From Octopus sinensis (lineage: Eukaryota): a DNA stretch of 64,000 bases. The DNA lies in contig NC_043004.1 in assembly GCF_006345805.1 (NCBI RefSeq), positions 16,306,001 to 16,370,000 on the forward strand, read 5' to 3'. Below the pieces are notes generated by a model. The model ran no database searches, had not been told where the DNA came from, and saw nothing but the letters and a program-made list of their open reading frames with translations. Positions 11,113 through 24,899 of this stretch are shown here, one piece after another (position 1 is the first letter of the stretch; each line of letters starts with the position of its first letter). The translations under genes and the position numbers were made by a program.

Positions 11113-12347
11113 GTGTGTGTGTGTGTATGTGTGTGTCTGTGTATGTATCTACATATATATATACATATATATGGGTTTCTAATTCGTTTCCATAATTGGT
11201 TATAAATATGGAAGGGGTTGTGAAGCCAACTATTTTTTCCTATAACTATCAAACTGCAAATATTTCTCTCAAGCTTACAAAAAAATTGAAAAGAAAAAAA
11301 ACAACTAGACATTTGCTGTATAATAACGCTGCATAAATAGTTTAGCTCTTTCAAGTGTGTCACTCCCTTTGCATATTCTTATGCAAATGCATTCACATGC
11401 ACAAACACACAATCACGTAAATATAGAAGCTTACATATGTGGATATATGTATGTATATATATATATATATAGTGTGTGTGTGCGTGTATTATATATATAT
11501 AGATATATAGATATATAGAGATACATTTATATATAGAGAGATATATGCATATATATATGTATGTATACATATATATATATATATATGTATATATATTTAT
11601 ATATATATATACATATATGTGTATATATAATCATATACATTTATACATATATATATACACACACATATGTGTGTATGTATGTATGTACGTATGTATGTAT
11701 ATATATATATTATATATATATATATATATAAGAGGCAGCGACGATTTTTTTATTAAAACGCTGCAATCCTTCCCAATAGTATGTAGGGAAATGCATAAAA
11801 AATAACGATCAAAGAGGAAAATTGTGTATCGAACCATTCTAGAATCCATTATTAATAAATCTTTGGGGGTACGATATTTATTCATGATTCAGAGTCCTAT
11901 CGATCATTTGCAAAGTAATAATCTCCCTGTGATTACGGATTTCTAAGTAAAATGTATGAAGATTTTGTTGGGGTTTTGTTTCTTTATTCTTCTTCCAGAA
12001 CTGAATTGGATGCCAAGATATTCAGCACTAAATGTATACACATCAAAAGTCGATAGATGTACTTCAACTACGTACTCAATATTTGAATTTAAGACTGAGT
12101 GAAATATACTTTGAGTGATATGTTTCTATGAATTTATAGTGGCTCTTCATGCTGATATACTGGTTTTAGGGTGAATTTTTACGTGTAACGATACAGTTTT
12201 AGGAGTTTCGATCCGTCTTTCTAGTTCTTCTGCACTAATAAACTTAATATATTTCTCAGTTTTAACAATGATGTTGTTACGGAGTTAGATATATAAATAG
12301 ATATATAAATGAATAGAAAATGCTATGTGGTGAAGTAAGTAGCTTGT

Positions 12348-13378
12348 CTGCAACAGAAAACAATCGTATGTATGGGTTGAATTGAGTTAATTCAATGTGG
12401 TACATAGGTTGCTGTTGATTAAACCAGACACAGAGATGTCAATGGTAGCCAAGTAAAATGTAATAGAGAGGTAACTGATAGCTGTGTTGGAGAATTCAGT
12501 TTTACCTTTGCAAAATTTTGGATAGATTCCAACATGCTCGTGGTTGTAAGCATTACACCTTCCCCTATAACTGTCCAGCAATCTACGGTAGCGTATACGT
12601 GTGCTTTTTGAAATGATGGGTTAAACACGTTTGGATGTTATACAGGTATGGTAGAAATCTAGGCTTTCAATATCTGTGTAACACATTAACCCGGAGATTG
12701 CCTAACTTTTACATGCACAGTTCCATATATTAGAGGCAGGGTATTTATGAACTATGCATATATGATATACATAAACTTAGATAAACTTAGATATGTTTCG
12801 ACCGAAGATTGGTCCAGGCCATGTCTAATTTAATAGCACCATCTGATGGGATTATTCGAATCCTGTTTAAGTCAAGTTTTGTTTAAGTCAAGTTTTGTTC
12901 AAGTAGTGAGTTCTTGTTGGGTGAGTTGTATCCAGTTTTGTTCAAGTAGTGAGTTCTTGTTGGGTGAGTTGTATCCAATTATGGGTGGCTTATCTGGTAT
13001 TCTCTGTTTAAAGTTGATGGGATCCTTTTCCTCTTTGATCTCCCTCGGGACAATGTTAAATAGGGCAGGGCCTGTTGAGGAAAAGAAATTATGTTGCAGT
13101 GTACATGTATGTTGTGATCTTGAATTGGGCAGGGGACGTATAGCCCGTGGTCCAAGTCTTGGATGAACCTTGAAGCTAATGTTTAGGTCGTTTGGGCAAA
13201 GTTGGCGGTATATTTTCCACATCGTACAAATGATGTACCGCTCACGGCGACGAAACAGTAAGGAAAACAAGATTCTCCATATGAAAATTAATCGAGGCTA
13301 CGTCTGTTGAAGAAAATGTCATGGACCACATTGAATTAATTCAATTCAACCCATACATACGATTGTTTTCTATTGCAG
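12348..13378. repeat. 53-bp inverted repeat pair (12348-12400 / 13326-13378)
   Basis: 51/53 identity between the reverse complement of the left copy and the right copy. Confidence 0.93.
12770..13270 (-). mobile_element. CR1-group LINE 3' end with short-repeat tail
   Basis: FSLLFRRRERYIICTMWKI...GPALFNIVPREIKEEKDPINFK..IPDKPPIIGY..NKNSLL, a stem-loop 3' UTR and a (CTAAGTTTAT)2 tail. Internal 16-bp x2 (12864-12895) and 43-bp-period x2 (12897-12977) tandem duplications. Confidence 0.8.
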
Positions 13379-13564
13379 GGGTGGTCCACCGAAACATTAA
13401 GAAAGAACGAGAAGTACCACAATATTCATTGCACTTTATTTCAACCAATATGAATGTTAATGTCGGGCTAGTTTTTGATACATAGGAGCAAAAATATGAG
13501 GATATAGGTACATATCTGTGTGTGTATCTGTATATATATATATTTATATTATATATGTACATTT

Positions 13565-13643
<79 letters not shown>

Positions 13644-13679
13644 TATGTATTTATGTATGTATATATGTATATATGCATA

Positions 13680-14009
13680 TATATATAAACTTATATACAT
13701 GTGCATATGTGTGAGTGTAAGCGTTCGTGCGTTTGTGTGTGTGTATGTGTGTCTGCATTTAAATAAATTGATCACAAACTTTCAATATTATCACTTGAAG
13801 ATATATATATGTGCGTGTGTGTGTGTGCATATCTATATATGTACATTTATATATGCATGTATGAATAGATATATAAACTTATATACATATGCATATATGT
13901 GAGTGTAAGCGTGTGTGTGTATGTATGTGTGTCTGTGTATGTCTGTTTGTGTGTGTTGTCTGCAGTTGAATAAATTGATCACAAAATTTCAATATTATCA
14001 CTTGAAGAT
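13680..14009. repeat. Imperfect local tandem duplication (about 190-205 bp period)
   Basis: AATAAATTGATCACAAA(C/A)TTTCAATATTATCACTTGAAGA at about 13762-13801 and 13969-14008, each preceded by GTGAGTGTAAGCGT. Confidence 0.85.
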
Positions 14010-14959
14010 GTTACAAGTTTGCGATTAAAGCTCAAACTTTGCCTCACTATTTATCGCAAATTCCCTTTCAAATTCGAATGTGTTGATTTCCTCATCTACA
14101 AGTGGAAGAAATTTAATCATCATATGGGATTTTCATGAGAAAGAGATGCAAGTGTTATAAGAAATGGTCTCAAGTGATTTGCACTTTATTTCCAGAATTT
14201 ACATTAACTTCCATCATTAAACCCAACTGCATACTGTTTAACGTCAGCTGCTCTGGGAGTAGTTTACAACGGTCTACCGCGTTAGTTTTGCACTTTTCAT
14301 AGTGAATATGTGTGAATATCCTAAGTTATTTCTGCGTGCGATTATCTTGGTGTTGTGAGTATTTTGTGTGATAAATACAATCGTATAATATCTCATAAGC
14401 AGAAACAGCCATAAATACCTGATACACACGCGCCCAAATAATCTAATATACTTCAGACTCCAATGTTACTCTTCCAAACATTTACCCATTGATATAACGT
14501 ATAGACATCTGTTCGGGAAAAGCAACAGGGTATTTGACATATTGCTTATCTAGATTTTATTTACCGGCTGCGTTTTCAAATATTCCACCCTATTCCAAAC
14601 TAAAACAAGATACTATTATTTTTATCTAGAAGCAAATATCATTCATGAAACAGTATGTCCATTTTGATGGAATTCATATAATTTTGCAATATCGTCAAAT
14701 CTGTGGGAAGAAATTGATGAAGCGCAAATTATATTCAACAAAGATCCTACCGGAGAAACTAGTTACTGGCAACGAGGCCCCAGCATTTCCAATATTCAGA
14801 CACAAAACCTTGCGCATGCTCCAAAATATATAAACAGGACAGAGGGAAAGAGATAGAAGGAACTCAAGTGCGAGTGATAATGGAGAATATATATATGTAC
14901 GTATGTATGCATATATATATATATATATATATTTAAAGAGAGAGAGAGAAAGAGAGAGT

Positions 14960-15110
14960 CGAGCTCACAATGATGAGGTAGTGAGTTCGATTCCCGGATT
15001 GGGCTTTGTCTTTCCCATGAATAAAAATGTTGACGTGGAGAGGAAAGCTGGTATGGATAGGCGACTACTGATATTCCATAAATAGCCTTGCCCGGATTTG
15101 TACCTCGGAG
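14960..15110 (+). mobile_element. Degraded tRNA-derived SINE fragment
   Basis: B-box-like GAGTTCGATTCCCGG at about 14984-14998; remainder decayed. Confidence 0.45.
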
Positions 15111-15215
15111 GATATATATATGTATATATATAAATATACGTTTATATATATACGTATATATGTTGTATGTGTAGGTGTGTGTGTGTATATATGCATGTAC
15201 ATGTATATATATATA

Positions 15216-15270
<55 letters not shown>

Positions 15271-15285
15271 GTACATATATGTCGC

Positions 15286-15367
<82 letters not shown>

Positions 15368-17450
15368 TCTGTACACACGTATGTTTGTTTGTGTGTATGT
15401 TTGTGGGTGCGTGTGTGTATATGCCTACGAAGTCGCGAGTGAACATACTATACTTGGCTCGATTGCACGTTAAGTGTATGGCAGACGGAAGGAAATACGA
15501 CTACATAAGCACTAGGCTGGTACTTATTTTAAGCTGAGCCCGTTGCAACATCGTAAAATGATGTGGTTTCCTCAAAGACACGATGTGCCAACGCATCTAC
15601 GATTTGGACACACATCTTTATGAGTCCAAAACCCTAAATACAAGGCCATAAGTTATCACAAATACCAGACACCCCCGCACACACATACTCACATAAAGAC
15701 ATTCACACACCTGTTTACACGCAAATAGAAAAATGCAAGGGTTTCCATCGGCGTCTCCTAGTCGAGAAATTTAATCCTGTACATTACTTTCCTTTTATCA
15801 TTTCGATTTTTGCTGCAGTTTCAATGACTATATTTGTTGAAGTGACTTGGTTTTGTTCAGAGCCCATTCGTATGACTATTGTCTCGGCATTAATGTCTTC
15901 AGTAAATATCATAATTAATAAAAATTTTGTTACCATGAATTTCACAGATTATCTTGAGATAATTAATATATTTTATTGTCAAAATATTTTAGTGTTATTT
16001 GCAACTTTGATGTACTAATAAACACAAATGAATTATTTACAACAACGATATATTTCAATCATTGAAGAAGTTATATTATATATTATATTTGATCTCTTTG
16101 AAATTTACTGTTTTTCGATTCCGCTTTATTTTAATATTTTCAATACTTCATTAGGATACTTTTGTGGGATAATTGTGCACAGAGATGTAAATATTTCTTT
16201 TCTGCATATGACTTTCCTGGGGAGCAGAATTCACATGATTCGTAGTTGACCTTCCCTCCCTAGACTGGTAAGTACAAATAAGCTGACGTTAAATTTCGTC
16301 GTTTTTGTGCTGGAAATCATGAGCAGATACGGAATTTTGGGTGAGGGATGTAATTTAGCGTTTCTACAGAACGGAAACATGTTTGGAATGGTGAGGCACA
16401 GACGAGGTCTATGCTAAATATTGCGCAATCGAAAGCTGGGAAGAGATAAATGCATCGGATCTTTACGACGGTAATCAATTTGAAAATAGGGTGATGTGCT
16501 GAAATTGTCAAGATATTATAGGCTTAAGGAATTCGGAATCCGGTAAAAAGTGCATACAAGGATAGATTCAGAATGCTGAAAATCAACTTCGGGATATAGT
16601 AACGGAATTCTTTATGTTATTTCTCGCCGAGTAGAAGCATAATGGTATTTTCTTATTCTGTAACTGTGTAAAGTTTAAATATATATGAGTGCAACGATGG
16701 AATATGTAGGGCGCTGTTTTTGCATGTGTGTATGAAGGGTGTAGATTTTCACGTCAACATTGAGGTCTATTTTCTAGAATCTTGCTTTTGAAGAGGGTTC
16801 CTGTTTGACCTGCTGCATTTGGATTTTGAATAGATGACGCGCATGTGCAGACAACCAGGTAACAGTGTGACTATTATCAGTGCTTTATGAGCAGATCTTA
16901 TTTAGGTATTGTAGATCATATGATCCAAACTGCTATAGTGATTTCGTGGAAGAAGGCATACTAATGCACATTGAAAGTTGTGCAATATGACAAGAAATTA
17001 CACAATTTACTGATGATAGGGACTTGGGGCTCATAATTTGCTATGTAATCTTAGATGTTTCTATTTGGTCAGCAGCCATACTTCTGTCAACAGCATGAAG
17101 CATAATTTCGTCGGAAGTTCTGAAGGTTGGGAAACCGCTGATATGTAACGTAAGAGATCAAAGTTCCAATAGAAAAGTGTCATCTGACAGCATGGTGATG
17201 GCTATTTAGAAGGAAGAGAGGTTCAATAAAATCAAGAACTTTGGTTATTACTGTTTTCCTAATAAAAAAGAGAATAATATTAAAAGTCTAAAAGTCTTTA
17301 GTGGCAACATAGAGTTGTCATTTTGAATCGAAAACTTCCTCTCTTTCTCTCTCTCTCTCCATCTATCTATCTCTTATAAACTGTAACTTAAATTCGAAAA
17401 ATAAAGAATCAAAGTAAGGCATCTCGCAGATGGCTTATAGTTTTACTATT

Positions 17451-17662
17451 GGTTTCAAATTTTGGCTAAACATCAGCAATTTCAAGTGGCCAGGTCGATT
17501 ACATCAACCCCAGTACACGGGTAGTACTTATTTTATCGAGTCCCAAAAGACAAAAGAGCGAAGTTGATTTCGTCGGTATTTGAAATCCCAACGTAAAAAC
17601 GGTCGAAATGATTGGCGGCATTTCGTCCGGCATGTTTATGATTCTGTAAACTAACCGCCTTA
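17451..17662 (-). mobile_element. Octopus SINE family 1 (AAGGCGGCGAGCTGGCAGAA head), diverged copy
   Basis: Homologous by eye to the copies at 49228 and 56904. Confidence 0.8.
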
Positions 17663-17747
17663 ATCACCCTTTGTAATATTAAGATATATATCGATACGAG
17701 TAAATATCCTGCCGACCATATTATTGATGTATGTATATATATATCTA

Positions 17748-17812
<65 letters not shown>

Positions 17813-17814
17813 AG

Positions 17815-17940
17815 AATTTACGAAAAGCAAAAGACGAAGTCGGGTGTGTAAACAACAAACAGATATATTAGTTTAACGCTCAGGAAGTAAGAAAGTCTTT
17901 AACATTTCGAGCCTACGCTATTCGCATAAAGCATCACAGC
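17815..17940 (-). mobile_element. Penelope-pLTR-like short interspersed repeat with degenerate hammerhead end
   Basis: Homologous to 19478-19585 (opposite strand) and 53605-53712; carries a decayed GAGC-GTAG-GCTC-GAAAC element. Confidence 0.6.
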
Positions 17941-17990
17941 GACAGAAAATGAAACAACGGTTTAGTGGAAAGCTATCTATCATGGCATAC

Positions 17991-18043
<53 letters not shown>

Positions 18044-18075
18044 CATATATATATACATATAAATATATATATACA

Positions 18076-18625
18076 TATGGCGAAGTTGGTTCAAGATCGA
18101 GGAATCAGTAAAAAGACCATTTCTAAGAATGTGTGTCAAGAACTCAATATGAAATCGTACGTGAGGATATACCGTAATATCGTTAACTCTATGCTCTAAA
18201 GCCATTCAAGATAAAAGAAAAAAACAAGATAAAAACTTCATAGTGATCTGAAACATCGTGGCGGAGACGTCCGCATCTTCGTGGATGAAAGGAAGTTCAT
18301 CGTAGACGAAGTCGCAAAGCATTAAAATTCACTAGTGATTGCCTATGACCTTTCCCAAGTTTCAGCCATGCATAGCAAGAATCCAGCGCTCATTATGGGC
18401 TGTGGACATGTTGCAAGTGATAGAAAATTGATGCCATCTTATTTTATTAAAGTGGGTCTTAAAATCAACACAGTAGATTATCTCAAAATCGTAGTAGTTT
18501 TGTTGCTTTGGATTAGGATGAAAGTCAAATCATTCTTTTACTGAACTCCGCGTCCGCCCATTCTTCGAAAAGAGTCCAAGAATTTTTAAAGAAGGAATTA
18601 CCCATGTTTGTTCCCAAAGATATAC
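18076..18625 (+). mobile_element. maT-type (DD37D-like) Tc1/mariner-superfamily transposase relic
   Basis: MAKLVQDRGISKKTISK..., IFVDERKFIVDEV, KNPALIMGCGHVASD...LKINTVDYLK, SASAHSSKRVQEFLKKELPMFVPKD; frameshifted. Confidence 0.8.
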
Positions 18626-19320
18626 AGGTATTCATCTCAGGTAGTTCATCTGAGTTGTTCAAAAGAACTTCTAACCATTACTCTACATTTAGCCATATCA
18701 ATAAAAGCAACAATACTGGGCTTAGTAAATTAAATTGGTCTCTAAAGGAGCGCAATAAAAAAATTGATTTGCAATTGCGTATATACTCTCTAGGTTCTAC
18801 CCTTACGATAAAGGTACATTTTTTGTTCGCTCTGTAACGATAAACTGTATTTTATCCTGTTCTTAGATAATCCTCTTGTAAGCAAGTTTTAAAAAACGCG
18901 TTTATCGTTGCAAACATTGGCAAAAATCATACCTTTAGTTCCTATAAGTAATTTTTGCCAGTCTATAAGAATTCGACCTTAACTATTTTTTTTTACATTT
19001 CATTTCCACTAAATATATCTATTTCCATGTCTTTAATCTTAATTCCTATTCCTATCGCACTATATGTCTCCACTATTAGTTTCTGCTACTTTCTTTCTTC
19101 CCCCTTCTTATCTTTCTATAAATTGCGTTTGAGTTTTCATCTATTAACGATTTTTCTTTAAAAATAACTTACCAGCATTCCCTTCATCGTATATGCAGTA
19201 ATCACATTTGGTTAAAATGTCTTATTGATGCGTTTTGTTTCTCTCTTTTTTCCCTTCGAAACTTATGTAGGAATATAAAGATCTGAATAATGCCTGCGTT
19301 TAACTCCATTCATATATATA

Positions 19321-19384
<64 letters not shown>

Positions 19385-19477
19385 CATACGCTATGTTGGA
19401 CCGCTGAACTCTACACTGTTTTATTAATCTTACCGGTTTTTTTGTTTAATTCTCTCTCCATTTATTCACTCTTATTC

Positions 19478-19585
19478 CTTTGTGTTGAAGAGCGTAGACT
19501 CGAAACGTAAAATACTTTTCCATTCTTCCTGAGCGTCAACCTAATACACCTGCTTTTTGTTCCTACACCTGTCTAAGTCGTTTTG
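19478..19585 (+). mobile_element. Penelope-pLTR-like repeat, same family as 17815 and 53605
   Basis: TGTTGAAGAGCGTAGACTCGAAACGTAAAA...GAGCGTCAACCTAATACACCTG. Confidence 0.6.
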
Positions 19586-21152
19586 TAAGTGAAAATATAT
19601 CATGTGTATAGAAAAAGACAGTCGTAACACTGTGCAGGAATAAAGTAGCAAAGCATAAATTTATATGTAAACTACATTACTGTTTTCGCCGGTATATATA
19701 TATATATTATCCATTGGCATATACGTGTACCATTTTTGGATTTCGTCCACTTCCAGGTTAATAGTATAGTTGTTTATATTTTGGTCAGATGAATTGCAAT
19801 ACAAAATGTAAAACTTGTATTTTTGACTATGGTATTTTGTGTTATGCGATCAACGAACAGTGTGCTGCACGTCATCTACAGAGCTGTTCTCATAACCTTC
19901 ATTGAAATTAACTTATAGTTGGGTAGACGTTTAAGATTCTTTTCATGTTCCTAAGACTGTTTTCATTGAGATTGTTACGAAGGTGCAGTTCATTGTTCAA
20001 TATTATGTTAAGTGTTCGATGAATAAAAAAGACAATCTTGAAAATTAGCATTGAGTCTTTATTCCTTCGTAATATTTTCACAATAGTTCGGACACAATGA
20101 AGACATTAACAGGTTCCACAGGGTTGTCGTTTCTACATCAACCAGGTGATTTAAGCTAGCTGCAGAATAGGATCCAAATTAGGCTCCAGGATACTTATAG
20201 AAATTGTCGCTCAAAATACGCTTGAACTTTGAATCCAATTCCCGTGCAGCATTTAATCAAGCACGGCACAGCGTTCAATAACAGGTTAAAAACTCAAGTG
20301 ATGGATATTTTAGTCACTCGTAACAAATGAATGTGGAGAGGCAACAATTAAATGGTAGCTACATATATAAACAAGGCCGAACGATTTTTTCAACAACATA
20401 TCTTGTTTTCGTTACAAGATAATTACAAAACATTGCCATTAAATTATGCGAAGCAGATATTAGCTGTGGTTATTATGCTGGGGATAGAGGTATAATACTA
20501 TGATGTGGCTTTACCCCATAGATTCAGGAGTAGCATAAGGAAGATTTACTTAAATTTTGCAAAGGGACTGTGATGATTTTCAATATATTAATATGAGTAA
20601 TAATTATTGTTCAAGCTGAGTTATGCTTATCTGGATCCCTTGCCTAAAACAGTCTTCCGTTGTAATAATACAGAATTGGACATTTTTTAAATATTTCTTA
20701 GGTGCTTCTTATAGGCCGGCATATACGTTTTAATAAATTATACTTATGTCATTTTTACGTCAGATAAGATTAGTCCCCTCCCACAACAACAGGAATTCGA
20801 ATATGGAAAGGATTTAGAGGAGTTGTCTATACAAGTATGAACAATATTGTGTGTGTGTGTAATTCTTTTTATGAGAGACAGTTTAAATTTTAGGCAATTC
20901 CTCGTACTTTCGTAAACGTCCCTTGCGATTCGTGTCAGCCAGTGAACTTTAGTAAATGCTACATTGAACTGATACGTAATATGAAAAGACACCATAACGT
21001 AAAATAATTTCAACCACAATTATGATATCAATACACGATACACACACACACATACACACAAACGCACACACACGCACAAACGCTCGCTCACCTACACACA
21101 TGCGTGCATGCATAATTAGTGTGGGATAAACTGCATGTATGTACTATATATT

Positions 21153-21241
<89 letters not shown>

Positions 21242-22030
21242 TATATATATATTCATATGTATGTACGCTTGCATGTATGTATTTGCATGTATGAATGAGT
21301 ACGCATGTGTGAATGTTCTTCACGTATGTATGTATAGTACAAACATACATGACACACAATCATTGTAAACATATTTGAAAAATGATTTAGTAAAATATAT
21401 ATTAGGAGGTCTGTGGTGTCTGTCAACTCAGATAATTCATTATATATCGATAATAATAGTAATTTTCACTTTAATTATAATGAATGTCACAAGATCATGA
21501 ATTACGTTTGAATATCATTTGGGTGAATTTTTTCATATTCTATATAAATAATTTATATTAAGAAGACTCATTAATTTTGAAAATATATCTTGCAACTATA
21601 AGTTGAAAGAAGACGCTTATAACGAAGCAAAAAACAAATAAAAATAATAGAAGAATTGAATTTAAATACAATTCTTTATATCATATCCCCATTCACGTGA
21701 CTTATACAGAGAATGAAAAGTTAATGAATATACGAACGTCATGTGTTGAAAGAAATATTACTTGGTTGAATATGTTATTAATAACAAGAAAGTCATTAAT
21801 AGTGACAATAAGAATAAGAAAATACCAACAAAGGAAGAACGAATCTCAAAATATAAAAAAAAATAAACCACATCGTTAACTGACAAAAGAATGGAGAAAA
21901 CACGCAATTTCCTCTTTAAATGAACGGAGATAATAGATCGCTAGATTAAATTAAACTAATGTATGTAGAAGTGAGTGCAAATATGTGTGTTCACATATAT
22001 ATGATATATATATATATATGTGTGTGTATA

Positions 22031-22071
<41 letters not shown>

Positions 22072-22117
22072 TACAAATATATAAACATATGTATCAGTTG
22101 CATATCTATATAAGCTA

Positions 22118-22152
<35 letters not shown>

Positions 22153-23464
22153 TATGTTTGTATGTGTGTATGGATGTATGAATGTATGTATGTATATATC
22201 TGTTCTTGTATATTTCTGTTTTAAAACATTGACATTACCATCTTGTCATGCACTAAATCTGAAGTACCCAACGCATTACCGTGGACGTACATATATTTAT
22301 AAATTATTGATATTACGTATCTCTCTATCTGTCTCTCTCTCTCTCTACTTCCCTCTCTCTGTCTATCTGTTACCCAGTCTATCTATCTATATATTTATCT
22401 ATCTATCCAGCTATTACTACCGGACTCTGTGTGGAATTATAGCCTCAATGCGAGCTCAGCTGGTGCTGAAAATTGTGGAAAGAATGTAGCTAAGTATAAT
22501 TTAGTTTTGAAAGAGAATCTACATTGCCGACACAAACAATTTCTCAGACCGTTTTCCAACAGTAACGATATTCTATTTTATAAGGAATATACATACAAAA
22601 CTCGTGATTTGTTTATAGGTTTTCTTTTTGAGAGAAGTTACACAGTAAAGAAGGTGTAAACCTTTATACTTGCATCAAAGAAAAATCAAGAGATTTTTAA
22701 AGATTTCATTTCTCACATCACCTGCAGCATATTTCATCTCCCTTCTTCTTCTGTATTTTCTCTGTTTCATTTAAATTATCAATCCTGCATCGATTTTTTT
22801 TTTTTTTTTTGCTAGTCCACTTCTTTTTGCAGGAAAAGCTTATAGAGCAAACCAGAAATTTATAAAATGAAAAAATTTTAAATTTTAATGTTAAAAGTAA
22901 AACACCTATTTTTTTATTTCCAAAGCGTTGAAACTTTGAGCTAATGTAAATTTCATCAATTAAGAAGAAAATTATACGAAAGTGAAAATGCGGGCCTCGG
23001 AACCGGGAAAATGCCAATAATGCAGCAATATATGTTTTAAATGATGTCTGACATTAAGAGGTCCAGCAAATAAGACACGAGCGGTTTCAAGCATAATTCG
23101 TCTGATCAAGTTCATATTGTCGAGAAACTGACCACATCTTAAACACATGTTGAACCTCCTCGTCACCATAATGTTGGGCAATTAGCTAATAAATATTTCA
23201 AATAATCCTTAATAAGCTGCATATTATTCTACTTTAACATGATTGTCAATAAAAATCCTCTCCAATCTGATTTGCCAAGATCTCAAAGTCCAACACCTGG
23301 TGGTTGAATGCCTTTTTATTCGATTAGAAATCGAGGTTGCCAAAATGAATTTACTATCTACTGTACTCACAAAATATTGTTAAATGGGAAATGTAATACA
23401 TTTTCTCATATTTTGCAATTAACGTGTTTAGTACATTGTAAGTGTGCATATGTTTGTACACATG

Positions 23465-23498
<34 letters not shown>

Positions 23499-23754
23499 CG
23501 TGTGTGTGTGTGTGTGTGTGGTGTGTGTGTGTGTGTGGCTGTGTGTTTGTGTATGTGTGTATGTGTATATGTGTCTACATACTAATTTAATTCATTTATG
23601 TTCGACGAGCAAAATGCTGTCCCCTTGGACAGAGATGAAAAGAATTTAAACGATATTTTCTCCTCCCAAACTAAATCACGCGATTTACTGAATCATGTAC
23701 TGAAATGAATACTTATATGTTATGATGCCAACATGCGCATTATTCTTGTCGTAT

Positions 23755-23803
23755 ACATAGGCATACAGACAAGTACACATAGGCATACAGACAAGTACAC
23801 ATA
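23755..23803. repeat. 22-bp tandem duplication
   Basis: ACATAGGCATACAGACAAGTAC x2 plus a partial third unit. Confidence 0.95.
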
Positions 23804-24779
23804 CGTAGCAAATGTAACTATTCTGTCAACTATCTATTTTATTACATTTCACTAACAAGCAATAATTTGGGCGGAATACCTTCTTCAAATTCTCTTTCCA
23901 CTTTCCGGTATAGTATAACAGTTAATGTGGTCAAATGTGTGGTTGAATCATCATCCATTTGCCCATAATTGTATTCCTGTTAAAACCGAGCAGCATGAAT
24001 ATACAACGGTTGACATTTTCCTCATTTTGTTTTCGTCAACTTTCTGGTTTTCGACATACTCTATATTTATTTCCGGTCTTACAAATCCATTTATTATTAC
24101 TAGCAAAGAATATGAATTTGATATTGTAGTTATTTTTCTTGTCTTTGCTATATTTTTTTATATCTGCTTGCATAAACAACAATAAAATTTATTATACTAG
24201 GGGTTTTCATATGGTTTGTGATATCATGGATGTACATCGACAATTTATCTCCTGCAATACTAATAATTCTTTGCTTGTTTTTTCACATAGAAAACATACG
24301 GGTTTCTCTTCATGCTACATTCCTCTATCCACACCCCCAATATTGTACAAGAGAAAGACGATGAAAGTTACAGCACGACGTTTTTATTGTCGCAAACATT
24401 GCTGTCAGAAGGCAAAAGGAAAACGGAGTAAATACTTCAAGTCATTTTGATCAGTATTCTAATGAATACATATATCCTCGGGTGCAAATTTAGAATTTTT
24501 CATCGGCAGCGCGAGTTCAAATGTCGACTCTGACCGGCGCAGTATAAGAAATCCAGTTACAGAAAGAAACCCAGGAAAAATGAGTTCAAACATAACTGTT
24601 ATATATATATATATATATATATAACAAAGGGATGTGGTTCGACTCACACTCGGATAGGAAAGCTTTCTTTTCTGTGTTGAGGGTGTATATGCCCCTTTAT
24701 TAGACTATTTTCCTTAGTCATTGCACGGTGATTGCCATAAGATTTAAGCTTGCATAAAAATACCGTTATAAATATATAG

Positions 24780-24815
24780 ATTATTATTATTATCATCATT
24801 ATTATTATTATCATT

Positions 24816-24896
<81 letters not shown>
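24780..24896. repeat. (ATT)n microsatellite at the 3' junction of R4/Dong element A
   Basis: Direct reading. Confidence 0.98.

Positions 24897-24899
<3 letters not shown>

Noticed and set aside
12864-12977. Repeat cluster superficially like a CRISPR array
   Set aside because: Two adjacent tandem duplications without unique spacers, inside a eukaryotic LINE.
13295-13400. TTGAAGA...GGACCAC/GTGGTCC...GAAAC hammerhead-like layout
   Set aside because: No GUH cleavage triplet or helix I/III pairing after GAAAC.
15824-16249. Two in-frame hydrophobic ORFs (64 and 73 aa)
   Set aside because: T-rich composition explains hydrophobicity; GPCR-like bits are in the wrong order.
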